64,000 nt of DNA from Bacteroidota bacterium (lineage in GTDB: Bacteria > Bacteroidota > Ignavibacteria > UBA10030): contig JAOAFT010000006.1 in NCBI GenBank assembly GCA_026416125.1, positions 13,015 to 77,014 on the forward strand, written 5' to 3'. The notes beneath the pieces are model-generated. The model ran no database searches, was not told the origin of the DNA, and saw nothing but the letters and a program-made list of their open reading frames with translations. The position numbers and the translations under genes were made by a program. Below are positions 30,910 to 41,342 of the stretch, piece by piece; the first letter of the stretch is position 1; the number at the start of each line of letters is the position of its first letter.

Positions 30910-32300
30910 AGCGCTTTTCCAAGAACATACTTTCGCTCACAATTGCTGACCTCCTTCGGAGAATTTTTGGATTCATCACTGTAGCGTACCTTGCCCGCGT
31001 TGTTGGAACGGAAACGTTTGGTGCCATTAATACAGCCTACGCTGTTCTTGCTTACGGTATTGTTGTAAGTACAAGTGGACTTACTGCCTATGGAATACGT
31101 AGCGTTGCTCAAGGAGCTTCAACATACATTCTCAGTACTATCATCAGTGAACGATTAACCTTGAGCGTTCTAGTGCTTACAGGTATCGTTTTGTGTACGC
31201 TCACAATAATTACAGACCCAACAGTACAAGTGCTCGTCTTGCTCTTTTCTTGTACGCTTATTCCTCTTGCTCTTTCGCCTGAATGGTTTTTACAGGGTAA
31301 AGAAACTATGGTACCTATCGCATTTGCTCGAACGATAGCAGCAGCGATACCTATGGTTATTGCTATTATTGCAATTCATTCTTCAGAGCAGACTTGGATT
31401 CTTGCTGTTGGGAGTATTGTTGGTGATTGTTGTGCAACGCTTATACTCCAGTGGGTTCTTCGTTCTTCCGGAATTCGGTATAATATCCAATTCCCTTCAT
31501 CACTTCACCTTGTAATCCAATCTTTTCCACTGTCAGTTGGTATAATACTCTCAACGCTAGTCATCAACTACCCTCCATTAGCATTAACTCTCGTACGTTC
31601 ACAGTACGATGTTGGTATCTACAGTGCTGCAAGCAAACTTGTTTTTTTTCTCCTCATTGGTGATCGTCTCCTCAATGCACTCATTTTTCCAGCAGTCTCC
31701 CGAAAATTATCGATGTCACAAGAATCTCTTCAACCGTTCATTCAACAGATACTACGATGGATTCTTTTTTTTACTACTCCTTTCGCAGTTGCAGGGGTAT
31801 TTCTTGCAGAAGATGTTCTAAAGTTTATTTTTGGTGAACAGTATAGCGTGTCGACACCGGTACTTCAAGTACTTGTGTGGTATTTCGTTCTCACAATGCT
31901 TCACACGGTATTTACTGCTCTTCTCCTAGCGCTTCACAAAGAAAAGATCTATAGAAACGTGATGGTTACTACTGCAATACTCTACGCTCTTTTTGTAACA
32001 GTTGGCGCGTACTCCTGGGGTGCTATTGGTGCTGCAGCTGGGGTTGTAGTTGCAGAGCTTCTGAGTCTTATGTTGTTGATCCGCGGCGTACAACGGTTAA
32101 TTCCCTTGTCCATTTTTAAACAGCGTCTTGGTTCGTTCTTCGTTTCTGTGGCTGGGTTGGCAAGTATTTTTACCATCACTGAGTCAGTTGTGGTTACTTG
32201 GCGAATTGTCGTTGCATTTCTTGTGTTTTTTAGTCTCGCTACTATTACAGGTGGGATTACGCGTAACGATTTCCAAACAATAAAACAGCTAATTCTATGA
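30906..32300 (+). CDS. wzx: Polysaccharide flippase of the Wzx/MOP superfamily (12-14 TM). The ORF-track start is 30852; the likely start is MKRFSK, overlapping the upstream stop (ATGA).
   Basis: Polytopic membrane protein with MOP/PST-family topology. Confidence 0.7.
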   Translation: MKRFSKNILSLTIADLLRRIFGFITVAYLARVVGTETFGAINTAYAVLAYGIVVSTSGLTAYGIRSVAQGASTYILSTIISERLTLSVLVLTGIVLCTLTIITDPTVQVLVLLFSCTLIPLALSPEWFLQGKETMVPIAFARTIAAAIPMVIAIIAIHSSEQTWILAVGSIVGDCCATLILQWVLRSSGIRYNIQFPSSLHLVIQSFPLSVGIILSTLVINYPPLALTLVRSQYDVGIYSAASKLVFFLLIGDRLLNALIFPAVSRKLSMSQESLQPFIQQILRWILFFTTPFAVAGVFLAEDVLKFIFGEQYSVSTPVLQVLVWYFVLTMLHTVFTALLLALHKEKIYRNVMVTTAILYALFVTVGAYSWGAIGAAAGVVVAELLSLMLLIRGVQRLIPLSIFKQRLGSFFVSVAGLASIFTITESVVVTWRIVVAFLVFFSLATITGGITRNDFQTIKQLIL

Positions 32301-33847
32301 AGTTCATCGTGGGTGTACTAGGACTTACTGATGGATGGAAAATTCTTCTTGAGCAGGAAGGGGTTTCATACATTGAAGTTTCTAGTCGTCCTACTCCTGA
32401 GGCAATGAGCGTACTCATTGTGTCTTCTGTTTCTACCTCAACAGAGATTGACACTGTGAAACGTTACGTTGAACAAGGTGGTGCACTACTCTGCCCATCA
32501 ACGGTTTTTGCAACTCTCTTTGCACTACCTCTCCATGGTCGCTTTGTAGAGTATATTTCGTTCCTCTCCTCCGAGATACTTTCGAGTGTAGGTATTCTAT
32601 GGGTCGATACAGAGTGTTCTCTTCCACCTCAACTGACTGAGGGTGTAACAAATAAAGGGGACAAAGCAGTACTTCTAACTCCATACGGTAAAGGAATCAT
32701 TGCCGTTGTACCATTTGCACCGGATCATTTTGTGTTGGATACTCGATCGTGTGACCGCTCTTTCTATGCTCCATACAAGAGATTACCATTCGAAACTGTT
32801 TCCTGCATCTCAAAAGCATCGCTTCGTCAACTCATTCACCGTATTCTCGTTCATTTGCACCATTATCGATCTCTTCCCTATATCCATCGTTGGTACTTTC
32901 CCAATACCGCACGGTCTGTCTTTGGTCTTCGTATTGATACAGACTTCGGTAACCGTGAACAAATCGAGCAAGTCGGTATACTCCTATCGAAATACTCACT
33001 CTCAGCAACATGGTTTCTCGATGTTGAGAATCAACGCAACAACCTTCAACTCTTTCGGTCGTTTAAATACCAAGAGCTCGCTCTCCACTGCAATGAACAC
33101 GTGCGGTTTACGACAGAAGATCGATGGAGACTCGATGTTGTAACTGCACTCACAACGCTCCGTGAGTATGGGATAACTCCAAAAGGATATGCGGCTCCAT
33201 ACGGTGAGTGGTATTCATTCCTTAATCATGTACTACTCCCATTAGGTTTTGAATATTCATCAGAGTTTTCGTATGATTATGACAACTTGCCATCGAAAAC
33301 ACTGGGTGGTGTACTTCAGATCCCAATACACCCTATTTGTATTGGAAGCTTGCGGCGACATTCGTACACTGACAACACGATGAACCATTATTTTGAATAC
33401 GTACTACAGAAGAAACTTGCACTCAATGAACCAGTGTTCTTATACCACCATCCACGGGATGGTCACCTCTCTGTACTCGAATATCTTTTCTCCCGTGTTA
33501 GAGCACTTGGTATTCCGTGCGTAACATTCCATGAGTATGCTCATTGGTGGTTCAACAGATCAAAAGAACACTACACTTGTGCGTTGCAGGATAGTACCCT
33601 TGTATTCACGGATGTGTTGCTTGGTAGTTCCAGCGCAATTCGGATACTTTTACCGAGTGGGAACGAGTACTTCGTTTATGCACCATCAATGCTTCCCCTT
33701 AATGATATAGAAACTCAGTCATTGCCGGCACCATCGTATGCGTATCCTGGTGATTATGAGAGAATTTGTCAATTTAATTACCGGATTCCGCTCATACGCT
33801 GGACTGATGCTATTACTACATACTTTAGAAAGGTTTGGACAGAATGA
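32297..33847 (+). CDS. Hypothetical protein, possibly a CE4/NodB-like polysaccharide deacetylase with an extra N-terminal domain.
   Basis: Weak NodB-like motifs (RIDTDFG as D-x-D; LHCNEHVRF as H-x-x-H). Located in the EPS cluster. Confidence 0.4.
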   Translation: MKFIVGVLGLTDGWKILLEQEGVSYIEVSSRPTPEAMSVLIVSSVSTSTEIDTVKRYVEQGGALLCPSTVFATLFALPLHGRFVEYISFLSSEILSSVGILWVDTECSLPPQLTEGVTNKGDKAVLLTPYGKGIIAVVPFAPDHFVLDTRSCDRSFYAPYKRLPFETVSCISKASLRQLIHRILVHLHHYRSLPYIHRWYFPNTARSVFGLRIDTDFGNREQIEQVGILLSKYSLSATWFLDVENQRNNLQLFRSFKYQELALHCNEHVRFTTEDRWRLDVVTALTTLREYGITPKGYAAPYGEWYSFLNHVLLPLGFEYSSEFSYDYDNLPSKTLGGVLQIPIHPICIGSLRRHSYTDNTMNHYFEYVLQKKLALNEPVFLYHHPRDGHLSVLEYLFSRVRALGIPCVTFHEYAHWWFNRSKEHYTCALQDSTLVFTDVLLGSSSAIRILLPSGNEYFVYAPSMLPLNDIETQSLPAPSYAYPGDYERICQFNYRIPLIRWTDAITTYFRKVWTE

Positions 33848-34875
33848 ATGTCCTCTTTGCTACACATCCTGTTGTGTCGCTTCACCAAGGGGGGATTCGG
33901 ACACAAATGCTCCAAACCAAAGCAGCACTTGAACAACGAGGTGTTAATGTCGCTCTCTATGAGATGTGGAAAGACTACGATATATCTTCGTACGATCTAG
34001 TACACATATTTGCAGCGAACATGGCAACGTACCACTTTGCTCGTGCTTTACGGGTCCGGCATATTCCATTCGTCATTACGCCAGTATTTTTCTCACAGCG
34101 ATCGGCAAAGGTAATAAAAACAGTAGTTACCTGCGATCAATTTATCAATCGCTTTCTGCGGGGCATATGGACAGATTTTGGTATTATTGCTGAGCTTTGT
34201 AACTGGGCCCATGCTGTTCTTCCAAACACCCAAGCAGAAGCACAACTCCTCATTAATGGAATGGAAGTGCCAAGAGAGCGAATTCGTATTATTCCGAATG
34301 GGGTTGAAGAACGCTTTGCCTGTGCAACCCCAGATCTATTCATACGGCAATACGAGTTAGAAGATTTCATCCTTTTCGTTGGGCAAATTGGTGCACAAAG
34401 AAAAAACGTGTATCGACTCCTTCAAGCCCTTGAACGCATTGATCATCCTTCTGTTATCATTGGTACCATTGAGAGTACACAAGCTGGCAGAGAGTGTCTT
34501 GAACGTGCAAAACGTAATCCCCAACTTCTCATTATCAATGAACTAAGCCATGATTCTATGCTTCTTGCTTCAGCGTACGCAGCTTCGAAGGTTTTTGTGC
34601 TTCCCTCGCTCTATGAAACTCCTGGAATAGCAGCAATGGAAGCTGCGCTTGCAGGTTCCTCAATCGTTATTACAAAGTACGGTGGCACTCGTGAGTACTT
34701 TCAAGACGATGCAGAGTACATCGAACCAACTTCTATTGATGATATCGAACGGGGAATTCGTACTGCGTTGAAAAAACAACCCTCCAACAATTTAAGACAA
34801 CGGCTCCTGGCACGCTTCACTTGGAACAACGTTGGTGAGAAGATGAAGAATCTTTACGAGTGGGTACTCCAATAG
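33835..34875 (+). CDS. Glycosyltransferase family 4.
   Basis: GT4 C-terminal motif (PSLYETPGIAAMEAALAGSSIVITKYGGTREYF). Confidence 0.8.
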   Translation: MDRMNVLFATHPVVSLHQGGIRTQMLQTKAALEQRGVNVALYEMWKDYDISSYDLVHIFAANMATYHFARALRVRHIPFVITPVFFSQRSAKVIKTVVTCDQFINRFLRGIWTDFGIIAELCNWAHAVLPNTQAEAQLLINGMEVPRERIRIIPNGVEERFACATPDLFIRQYELEDFILFVGQIGAQRKNVYRLLQALERIDHPSVIIGTIESTQAGRECLERAKRNPQLLIINELSHDSMLLASAYAASKVFVLPSLYETPGIAAMEAALAGSSIVITKYGGTREYFQDDAEYIEPTSIDDIERGIRTALKKQPSNNLRQRLLARFTWNNVGEKMKNLYEWVLQ

Positions 34876-35049
34876 TGCCTGCGATGTATCATCAATAAGT
34901 AGGTCAAACACGCGGTGAAATAAAGAAGTATGAGATAGGAATCTTTTACATACAGTGTGTTTATAGTTTTCTTAAGAATTGTTGGGAGTAAAAGTACTTT
35001 GTGGTAAGGTAGTTAAAACAAAAATCGCTCTGGAGAAAAAGGTAAATAT

Positions 35050-36162
35050 CTATAATAGTGAAATAAATTCATAGAAAAGGTAATCACTATCATGTGGTCC
35101 AGGGGATGCCTCGGGGTGGTATTGTACAGAAAAGGCAGGGTATTTTTTATGTCGGAGTCCTTCGTTTGTATGATCATTTAAGTTTATGTGTGTGATTTCA
35201 ACATTGTGAGGGTCGAGTGTATCTGGATCAACTGCAAAACCGTGGTTTTGAGAGGTTATTTCAATGGTATTTGTAAGCAGGTTTTTCACAGGGTGATTTG
35301 CGCCACGATGTCCAAACTTGAGTTTATATGTTCTTCCTCCAAGAGCAAGAGCGAGGAGTTGGTGGCCAAGACAAATTCCAAAGATAGGTTTTTTCCCTAA
35401 AAGTTTTCTAATGTTTTTTACTCCGTAACGTACTGCAGCAGGATCTCCAGGTCCATTCGAAAGGAATACGCCATTAAATTTTTTTGTAAGAATTTCCTCA
35501 GCAGGGTATTGAGCAGGAAAGACCGTTAATTCGCACCCATAAGCTGCGAGTCGACGGAGTATGTTAAACTTAACACCATAGTCATATACAGCTATTTTCC
35601 ACTGTTGATTTCCTGGGTTAGTCAATGGTGCAAGTGCATATGGTGTTGTATCGATCGCATTCCACAAATAAGGTTCTTTAGTTGTTACAACACGTGCTAA
35701 ATCTAGACCTATCATTTGTCTTGATTGCTTCACTTTTTGTAAAAGTGATTCATCATCATCATCAAGAGTGGAAAGTATACCTCTCATTGCTCCTACTGTT
35801 CGAATCATTTTTGTAAGCATCCGAGTGTCTATACCTTGAATTGCGATGATGTTATTTTCTTTTAGGTACGCACCAAGAGATTGTGTAGAGCGGAAGTTAC
35901 TAGGATATTCGCTATACTCTTTTACTACGAACCCAGCTACTTGTGGTTTACTCGATTCTATATCGTCCTGATTAACCCCGTAATTCCCTATCAGGGGATA
36001 TGTCATTGTGACAATTTGCCCTGCATATGACGGATCAGTAAGAATTTCTTGATAACCTGTCATGCTTGTATTAAAGACCACTTCACCTGTAATTTCCCCC
36101 GTGGCACCAAACGATTCGCCAATGAAAACAGTTCCGTTTTCCAATACTAGTTTCGCTTTCAT
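35050..36162 (-). CDS. carA: Carbamoyl-phosphate synthase small (glutaminase) subunit. The ORF-track start is 36198; the likely start is MKAKLVLENG.
   Basis: Class I glutamine amidotransferase triad region (GICLGHQLL ... HPE). CarA N-terminal domain. Confidence 0.9.
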   Translation of the reverse strand: MKAKLVLENGTVFIGESFGATGEITGEVVFNTSMTGYQEILTDPSYAGQIVTMTYPLIGNYGVNQDDIESSKPQVAGFVVKEYSEYPSNFRSTQSLGAYLKENNIIAIQGIDTRMLTKMIRTVGAMRGILSTLDDDDESLLQKVKQSRQMIGLDLARVVTTKEPYLWNAIDTTPYALAPLTNPGNQQWKIAVYDYGVKFNILRRLAAYGCELTVFPAQYPAEEILTKKFNGVFLSNGPGDPAAVRYGVKNIRKLLGKKPIFGICLGHQLLALALGGRTYKLKFGHRGANHPVKNLLTNTIEITSQNHGFAVDPDTLDPHNVEITHINLNDHTNEGLRHKKYPAFSVQYHPEASPGPHDSDYLFYEFISLL

Positions 36163-36407
36163 ACTTCTTATAATACGAAGAAATTCGTGGCTTTCCAAAA
36201 AAAATCTTGGATATCTATGTAGGGGAACTCTTTTGTTAATTTTTTACGTCTACAAATGCAAGTAATTTTATAAGCGTCGAACTTGTAATGGCAAGCATCA
36301 TAGTAATAGAAGCTCATAAAGAGTTGCAAGAAAACTGCGAAGGTATCAGTGGTGAGTATTTATTCTTTTGTTTTCTACATGGTTTAAAGTTTGAAAAAAC
36401 CCTTTTC

Positions 36408-36436
36408 TTGACAACCCTTCGCAAATTGGTTATATT
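36408..36436 (+). promoter_or_regulatory. Canonical sigma70-type promoter upstream of clpC: TTGACA - 17 nt - TATATT.
   Basis: Read directly: cTTGACAacccttcgcaaattggtTATATTgaatTATATTGAAg. Note the tandem TATATTGAA duplication. Confidence 0.55.
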
Positions 36437-36451
36437 GAATTATATTGAAGT

Positions 36452-36478
36452 GAGTGCATCTATGATTCAAGGGCACTC
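36452..36478 (+). promoter_or_regulatory. 5'-UTR inverted repeat GAGTGC-N15-GCACTC immediately upstream of the clpC start codon.
   Basis: 6-bp perfect arms, 6 nt before ATG 36484. Could sequester the RBS. Confidence 0.35.
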
Positions 36479-36483
36479 AAAGG

Positions 36484-39012
36484 ATGATGACTATGGAAGG
36501 TAATTTTTCAAATAGAGTTCAAGAGGTCATTCGACTCAGTCGGGAAGAGGCTATTCGACTTGGTCACGATTACATTGGTACAGAGCACCTCTTACTCGGA
36601 ATTATCCGTGAAGGTACAGGCATTGCTGTAAAAATATTACGAAATCTTGGGGTTGACTTGTATAAACTCAAAAAAACGATTGAGGATACTGTCCGAACAT
36701 CGGGTGGTACGCTCACAATTGGTAACATTCCCTTGACAAAGCAAGCTGAAAAAGTGCTTAAAATAACATATTTAGAGGCAAAGCTGTATAAGTCTGACAT
36801 AATCGGTACGGAACATCTTCTCCTTTCCCTCTTACGGGACGATGACAACGTTGCAGCTCAAATCCTCCACCAATTTAACGTCCATTATGACATGGTGCGG
36901 AATGAGCTCGATAATATTATTTCTGGCAAACCTTCGCAAACAACGCCTCCTCAGGCATCGTCTCATGGTCACAGTGAGAAAAAACAAGAACGCTCAAAAA
37001 CACCAGTGCTTGATAATTTTGGGCGAGACCTCACGAAGCTTGCTATGGAGGGGAAACTCGACCCTATTGTTGGTCGTGAGAAAGAAATTGAGCGTGTTGC
37101 TCAGGTGCTAAGTCGCCGAAAGAAAAATAATCCTGTCCTTATCGGCGAGCCAGGAGTTGGAAAGTCTGCCATTGCAGAAGGACTTGCCATTCGGATTGTT
37201 GAGAAGAAAGTCTCACGAGTGCTTCACGATAAACGTGTTGTAACGCTTGACCTCGCTGCACTTGTCGCTGGTACGAAGTACCGTGGGCAATTCGAAGAGC
37301 GCATGAAAGCTGTAATGAATGAGTTAGAGAAAGCGAAGGATGTTATTCTCTTTATTGATGAGCTTCATACCATTGTTGGCGCAGGTGGTGCCAGTGGATC
37401 GCTCGATGCATCGAATATGTTTAAGCCAGCTCTTGCACGAGGTGATCTCCAGTGCATCGGTGCAACGACACTCGATGAGTACCGACAATACATTGAAAAA
37501 GATGGAGCACTTGATCGTCGGTTCCAAAAAATAATGATTGAGCCAACAACCGTCGAAGAAACGATTACCATCCTACACAATATTAAGTCACGATATGAAG
37601 AACACCATGGTGTACGGTACACGGACGAAGCTATTGAAGCAGCTGTACGATTGAGTGATCGGTACATTACCGATCGATACCTCCCCGACAAAGCTATTGA
37701 TGTAATGGACGAAGCCGGTGCTCGTGTACACCTTGCAAACATAAAAGTACCGAAAGAGATACTCCAGCTCGAAGAAGAAATTGAGAAAATTCGACTTTCG
37801 AAAAACCAGGTTGTAAAGACACAGAACTTTGAAGAAGCTGCACGCTTGCGCGACCTTGAAAAGAAGCTCCAACGCGATCTTGAGCTCGCTAAGCGCGAAT
37901 GGGAACTGAAAAGCCAGAACACTGTTTACGAAGTTACAGAAGAGGATTGCGCAGCCGTCGTTTCAATGATGACGAATATCCCTGTCCAAAAGGTTGCACA
38001 GAGCGAGTCTGAAAAATTACTAAAAATGGAAGAAGCGTTAAAAGAAGCAGTTGTTGGGCAAGATGAAGCAATTGAAAAGTTAACGAAAGCGATTCGCCGT
38101 GCCCGTGCTGGCTTGAAAGATCCAAAACGCCCAATTGGATCGTTTATTTTTCTTGGCCCCACCGGTGTTGGGAAAACAGAACTCGCAAAAGCACTTGCCC
38201 GTTACCTCTTCGATACCGAGGAAGCACTCGTACGCATCGACATGAGCGAATACATGGAAAAATTTGCAGTTTCACGACTTGTTGGTGCGCCACCAGGATA
38301 TGTAGGATATGAAGAAGGTGGACAACTCACAGAGAAAGTACGGAGGAAGCCCTACTCTGTTGTTTTACTCGATGAAATAGAAAAAGCTCACCCCGATGTT
38401 TTCAATATTCTCCTCCAAGTACTCGACGATGGTATTCTGACAGATAGCAATGGACGTCGGGTCGATTTCAAAAATACTATACTCATCATGACTTCGAACA
38501 TTGGTACTCGCGATATCAAAGTTACTGGTGGTTTGGGCTTCAGTACTGGTACACATCAAGATAAGTACAAAGCAATGAAGTCTAACATTGAAGATGCAGT
38601 AAAACGCGTCTTCAACCCAGAGTTTCTCAATCGAGTTGATGATATTCTCATCTTCCACCAACTCGAGCGAGAACACATTCTCCAGATAGTTGATATCGCT
38701 GCACGAGATTTAATGAAACGAATGCAATCAATGGGAATAACTCTTGAATTGACCCAGGAAGCAAAGGAGTTCTTAGCCGATAAAGGCTACGATCCACAAT
38801 TTGGTGCTCGACCGCTTCGACGAGCAGTAATGCGTTACGTTGAAGATCCACTTGCCGAAGAAATTCTCAAAGGAACTTTTACGCGTGGCGCTGTAGTCCG
38901 GATTAAGTACAATAAAGAGGTAGATGAGTTGTACTTTGTTAATGCTGCAGAAGAACCAGTCGGTGAATCACTCCCAAAAGAAGAACTCAGTGATGCACCT
39001 TCGACCAACTGA
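36484..39012 (+). CDS. clpC: ATP-dependent Clp protease ATP-binding subunit ClpC (two AAA+ modules, Clp_N repeats, UVR/middle domain).
   Basis: Two Walker A sites (GEPGVGKSA; GPTGVGKTE). Clp N-terminal repeats. Coiled-coil M-domain. 842 aa. Confidence 0.92.
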   Translation: MMTMEGNFSNRVQEVIRLSREEAIRLGHDYIGTEHLLLGIIREGTGIAVKILRNLGVDLYKLKKTIEDTVRTSGGTLTIGNIPLTKQAEKVLKITYLEAKLYKSDIIGTEHLLLSLLRDDDNVAAQILHQFNVHYDMVRNELDNIISGKPSQTTPPQASSHGHSEKKQERSKTPVLDNFGRDLTKLAMEGKLDPIVGREKEIERVAQVLSRRKKNNPVLIGEPGVGKSAIAEGLAIRIVEKKVSRVLHDKRVVTLDLAALVAGTKYRGQFEERMKAVMNELEKAKDVILFIDELHTIVGAGGASGSLDASNMFKPALARGDLQCIGATTLDEYRQYIEKDGALDRRFQKIMIEPTTVEETITILHNIKSRYEEHHGVRYTDEAIEAAVRLSDRYITDRYLPDKAIDVMDEAGARVHLANIKVPKEILQLEEEIEKIRLSKNQVVKTQNFEEAARLRDLEKKLQRDLELAKREWELKSQNTVYEVTEEDCAAVVSMMTNIPVQKVAQSESEKLLKMEEALKEAVVGQDEAIEKLTKAIRRARAGLKDPKRPIGSFIFLGPTGVGKTELAKALARYLFDTEEALVRIDMSEYMEKFAVSRLVGAPPGYVGYEEGGQLTEKVRRKPYSVVLLDEIEKAHPDVFNILLQVLDDGILTDSNGRRVDFKNTILIMTSNIGTRDIKVTGGLGFSTGTHQDKYKAMKSNIEDAVKRVFNPEFLNRVDDILIFHQLEREHILQIVDIAARDLMKRMQSMGITLELTQEAKEFLADKGYDPQFGARPLRRAVMRYVEDPLAEEILKGTFTRGAVVRIKYNKEVDELYFVNAAEEPVGESLPKEELSDAPSTN

Positions 39013-39064
39013 ATACTGAATATGAGGTACTATAAGCAGGTAAAATCCCTCTCTGCGAGGGATT

Positions 39065-39676
39065 TTGCTTGTACAACGAATGAATAAACAACGTACGTAC
39101 ATCCTCTTCAACAAGCCATACGGTGTACTGTCACAATTCACACCAGAAGCGGGGTATCGCTCGCTCCGCGATTTCGGTCCGTTTCCCCTCGATGTTTATC
39201 CAGTCGGCAGACTCGATGCCGACAGTGAAGGTTTGCTATTCCTCACGAATGATAATCGGGTCAAACATCGCCTCATTAGTCCACAATTCAATCATCCACG
39301 TACTTATTGGGCACAGGTAGAAGGAGTCCCATCCGAAGAGTCTCTCAACAAGTTGAGAACTGGTATACATATAGAAGGAAAACCGACAAAACCAGCTGAT
39401 GTATGTATCCTTACTCCACAACCAGATGTGCCCCCGCGGGCAAAGCCAATCCGGTATAGGAAAACAATTCCAACAACGTGGATTGAATTAACTCTCTATG
39501 AAGGGCGAAATCGGCAAGTGCGAAAGATGACTGCTGCAGTTGGACATCCAACACTCCGACTTATCCGTGTGGCGATTGCTTGTCTCCACCTCGATGGACT
39601 TGAACCTGGTTCTCACAGATATTTAACTGCTGACGAACTCCACCATCTCTCTGCGGTACTTTCTCTCTCACTATAG
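39065..39676 (+). CDS. rluE: RsuA/RluE-type rRNA pseudouridine synthase (no S4 domain).
   Basis: Catalytic motif PVGRLDADSEGLLFLTND. About 200 aa. Confidence 0.75.
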   Translation: MLVQRMNKQRTYILFNKPYGVLSQFTPEAGYRSLRDFGPFPLDVYPVGRLDADSEGLLFLTNDNRVKHRLISPQFNHPRTYWAQVEGVPSEESLNKLRTGIHIEGKPTKPADVCILTPQPDVPPRAKPIRYRKTIPTTWIELTLYEGRNRQVRKMTAAVGHPTLRLIRVAIACLHLDGLEPGSHRYLTADELHHLSAVLSLSL

Positions 39677-40442
39677 AACAACCCTGTTTCGGTACAGTAT
39701 CAGTTGGTAATCGAAATCGATTATTGTCCAATACATTGGGCATCCATTAGTACACCATTGAACACGAGCAACTAATTTGGGGTTCGAGTTTTCTTATATC
39801 GGATTAATATTTTGGAGATGATTTAGTGGTAAGAGATGGCAAATGGGAAGCACTATTGGAAAACAACAAGAAGAATCAGTTTAAAAAGATCTAAAAAATG
39901 AGTGATCAAAATTATTCCATTTGATTTTTACTTAGCAAACTTAATAAATACAGGAGGTTAGGGCTGTAATAGGTTAAATATCACTTATACATAAACATTG
40001 GTGAAGGAATAGATGCAAGAAAGTTTGCTTTACAATCAATAGGAAGAGGTGTGAGAAATGAAGTTTTACCACAGAAAAGAAAAAAGATTTTAAATTTTAC
40101 ATAATAATAATGGAGTAGAAAAACCTACTTAGTAAATGTATCAATCAAAAAAGTAAGTTTTTTAGAAACTTTACTTGTTTACAGCACAAAGTCGAAAATT
40201 AAAAAGGTAAACGGAGACCCTCAAAGTAGAAAAACAAGAAGAATTACTCGCCATCTTTCATACCAACAGAGGTAAATTATACGTAAGGGTACTTAATACT
40301 GAGTACTTTTTCTTTACATTATTTTTTCACTTTTTTATGGTTATATTTTGCTAAATTCTTCGCTCAATAAAAGTAGGATGGAAACACAATTCCTTGATTT
40401 CCATAAAGGTATTCTCTGTAATTCAAGGATTCCGTTCTTTGT

Positions 40443-41114
40443 ATGGATAAGGTTACAAAAAATAACAACAATTCACACCGAGTACCGGAAGAGTTTAGAG
40501 AACTTCTAAAATTTACAGGTGCAGGCTACGGTGTAGGACTCCTCCTTGGGTTGGTTCTCGATAGTTTACAACAACACACTAGTGCACTTGGACATTGGCT
40601 TGTACGGACATTCGCTGGAGAAGGTGAGAGCGTATTTGAAGGGATCTATGCCCTTCGTCAACGACTTCTCCATGCTTCCCGGTCGTTAGCAGAGGCATAC
40701 GGTTGGGGGAAACTTTTAGGAATGACTGTGCCGTGGATAATTGATGCACTCTCTCATCTCTTTGGAGTTGATGTATATGGCATTGAGGGATTCTATATTC
40801 CCTACTTTTATGCATTGAGCGACCAAATCGGTGCTAATGTTACTGGATTCGTGTTTCTTAAAAAAAGAGAAGGCACGTTCAAAAGAACGCTCATTGAATA
40901 TTTCCACAACCCTGTTATGCTCAGCAGTCTTGCGATTATTATACTTGTTCCTTTTGGACTTTTTGTCGGACGTGCTGTTGGTTTTAGTCCAGCAACACAA
41001 CTACTCACAGCCATTGAAACAATTGTAGCAAATGTATGTTGGCTTCCACCGCTTATTGGTATGCTCCACGAGCGTTTAGAAAATTCGAAGCAGTCTGCGA
41101 ATGAATCAAATTAG
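40443..41114 (+). CDS. Hypothetical membrane-associated protein flanked by AT-rich non-coding DNA.
   Basis: ORF with hydrophobic segments. No recognisable motif. Confidence 0.4.
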   Translation: MDKVTKNNNNSHRVPEEFRELLKFTGAGYGVGLLLGLVLDSLQQHTSALGHWLVRTFAGEGESVFEGIYALRQRLLHASRSLAEAYGWGKLLGMTVPWIIDALSHLFGVDVYGIEGFYIPYFYALSDQIGANVTGFVFLKKREGTFKRTLIEYFHNPVMLSSLAIIILVPFGLFVGRAVGFSPATQLLTAIETIVANVCWLPPLIGMLHERLENSKQSANESN

Positions 41115-41342
41115 AAAGTTTTCAACAACTCTCTTCAGATTTTCGTCGCAACTATACTTTATGCTAACAGTCCTATTCTATTCCACATAAACACTAAAAG
41201 AATAAGATCTGCAATTAAACAGTTGTGGTGAATGAACATACACCGCATCTAACTAATTCTGCTCGAACTTGACCATAGGTACTTTTCATCCTAACTTTAT
41301 TACTAACGGTTCTTAGTTGACATTTATTGTGCAAGAGTACAA

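Noticed and set aside
36452-36478. Possible CIRCE (HrcA) element upstream of clpC.
   Set aside because: CIRCE is TTAGCACTC-N9-GAGTGCTAA. Here the half-sites are in the opposite order (GAGTGC...GCACTC) with a 15-nt spacer and no TTA/TAA flanks. Kept only as a generic hairpin.
37365-37922. 185-aa minus-strand ORF, plus several others, inside clpC. Similar antisense ORFs occur inside kdsD (20535-21071), the Ycf48-like gene, the LTD gene and elsewhere.
   Set aside because: They are fully embedded antisense to strongly supported genes. Low-complexity or Arg/Ser-rich translations are typical of spurious reverse-frame ORFs.
39770-39800. GGGGTTCGAGTTTTC resembling a tRNA T-arm (possible tRNA fragment or att remnant) in the AT-rich tract.
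   Set aside because: No complementary T-stem, acceptor stem or anticodon arm could be built around it. Similarity is limited to the GGTTCGA heptamer.
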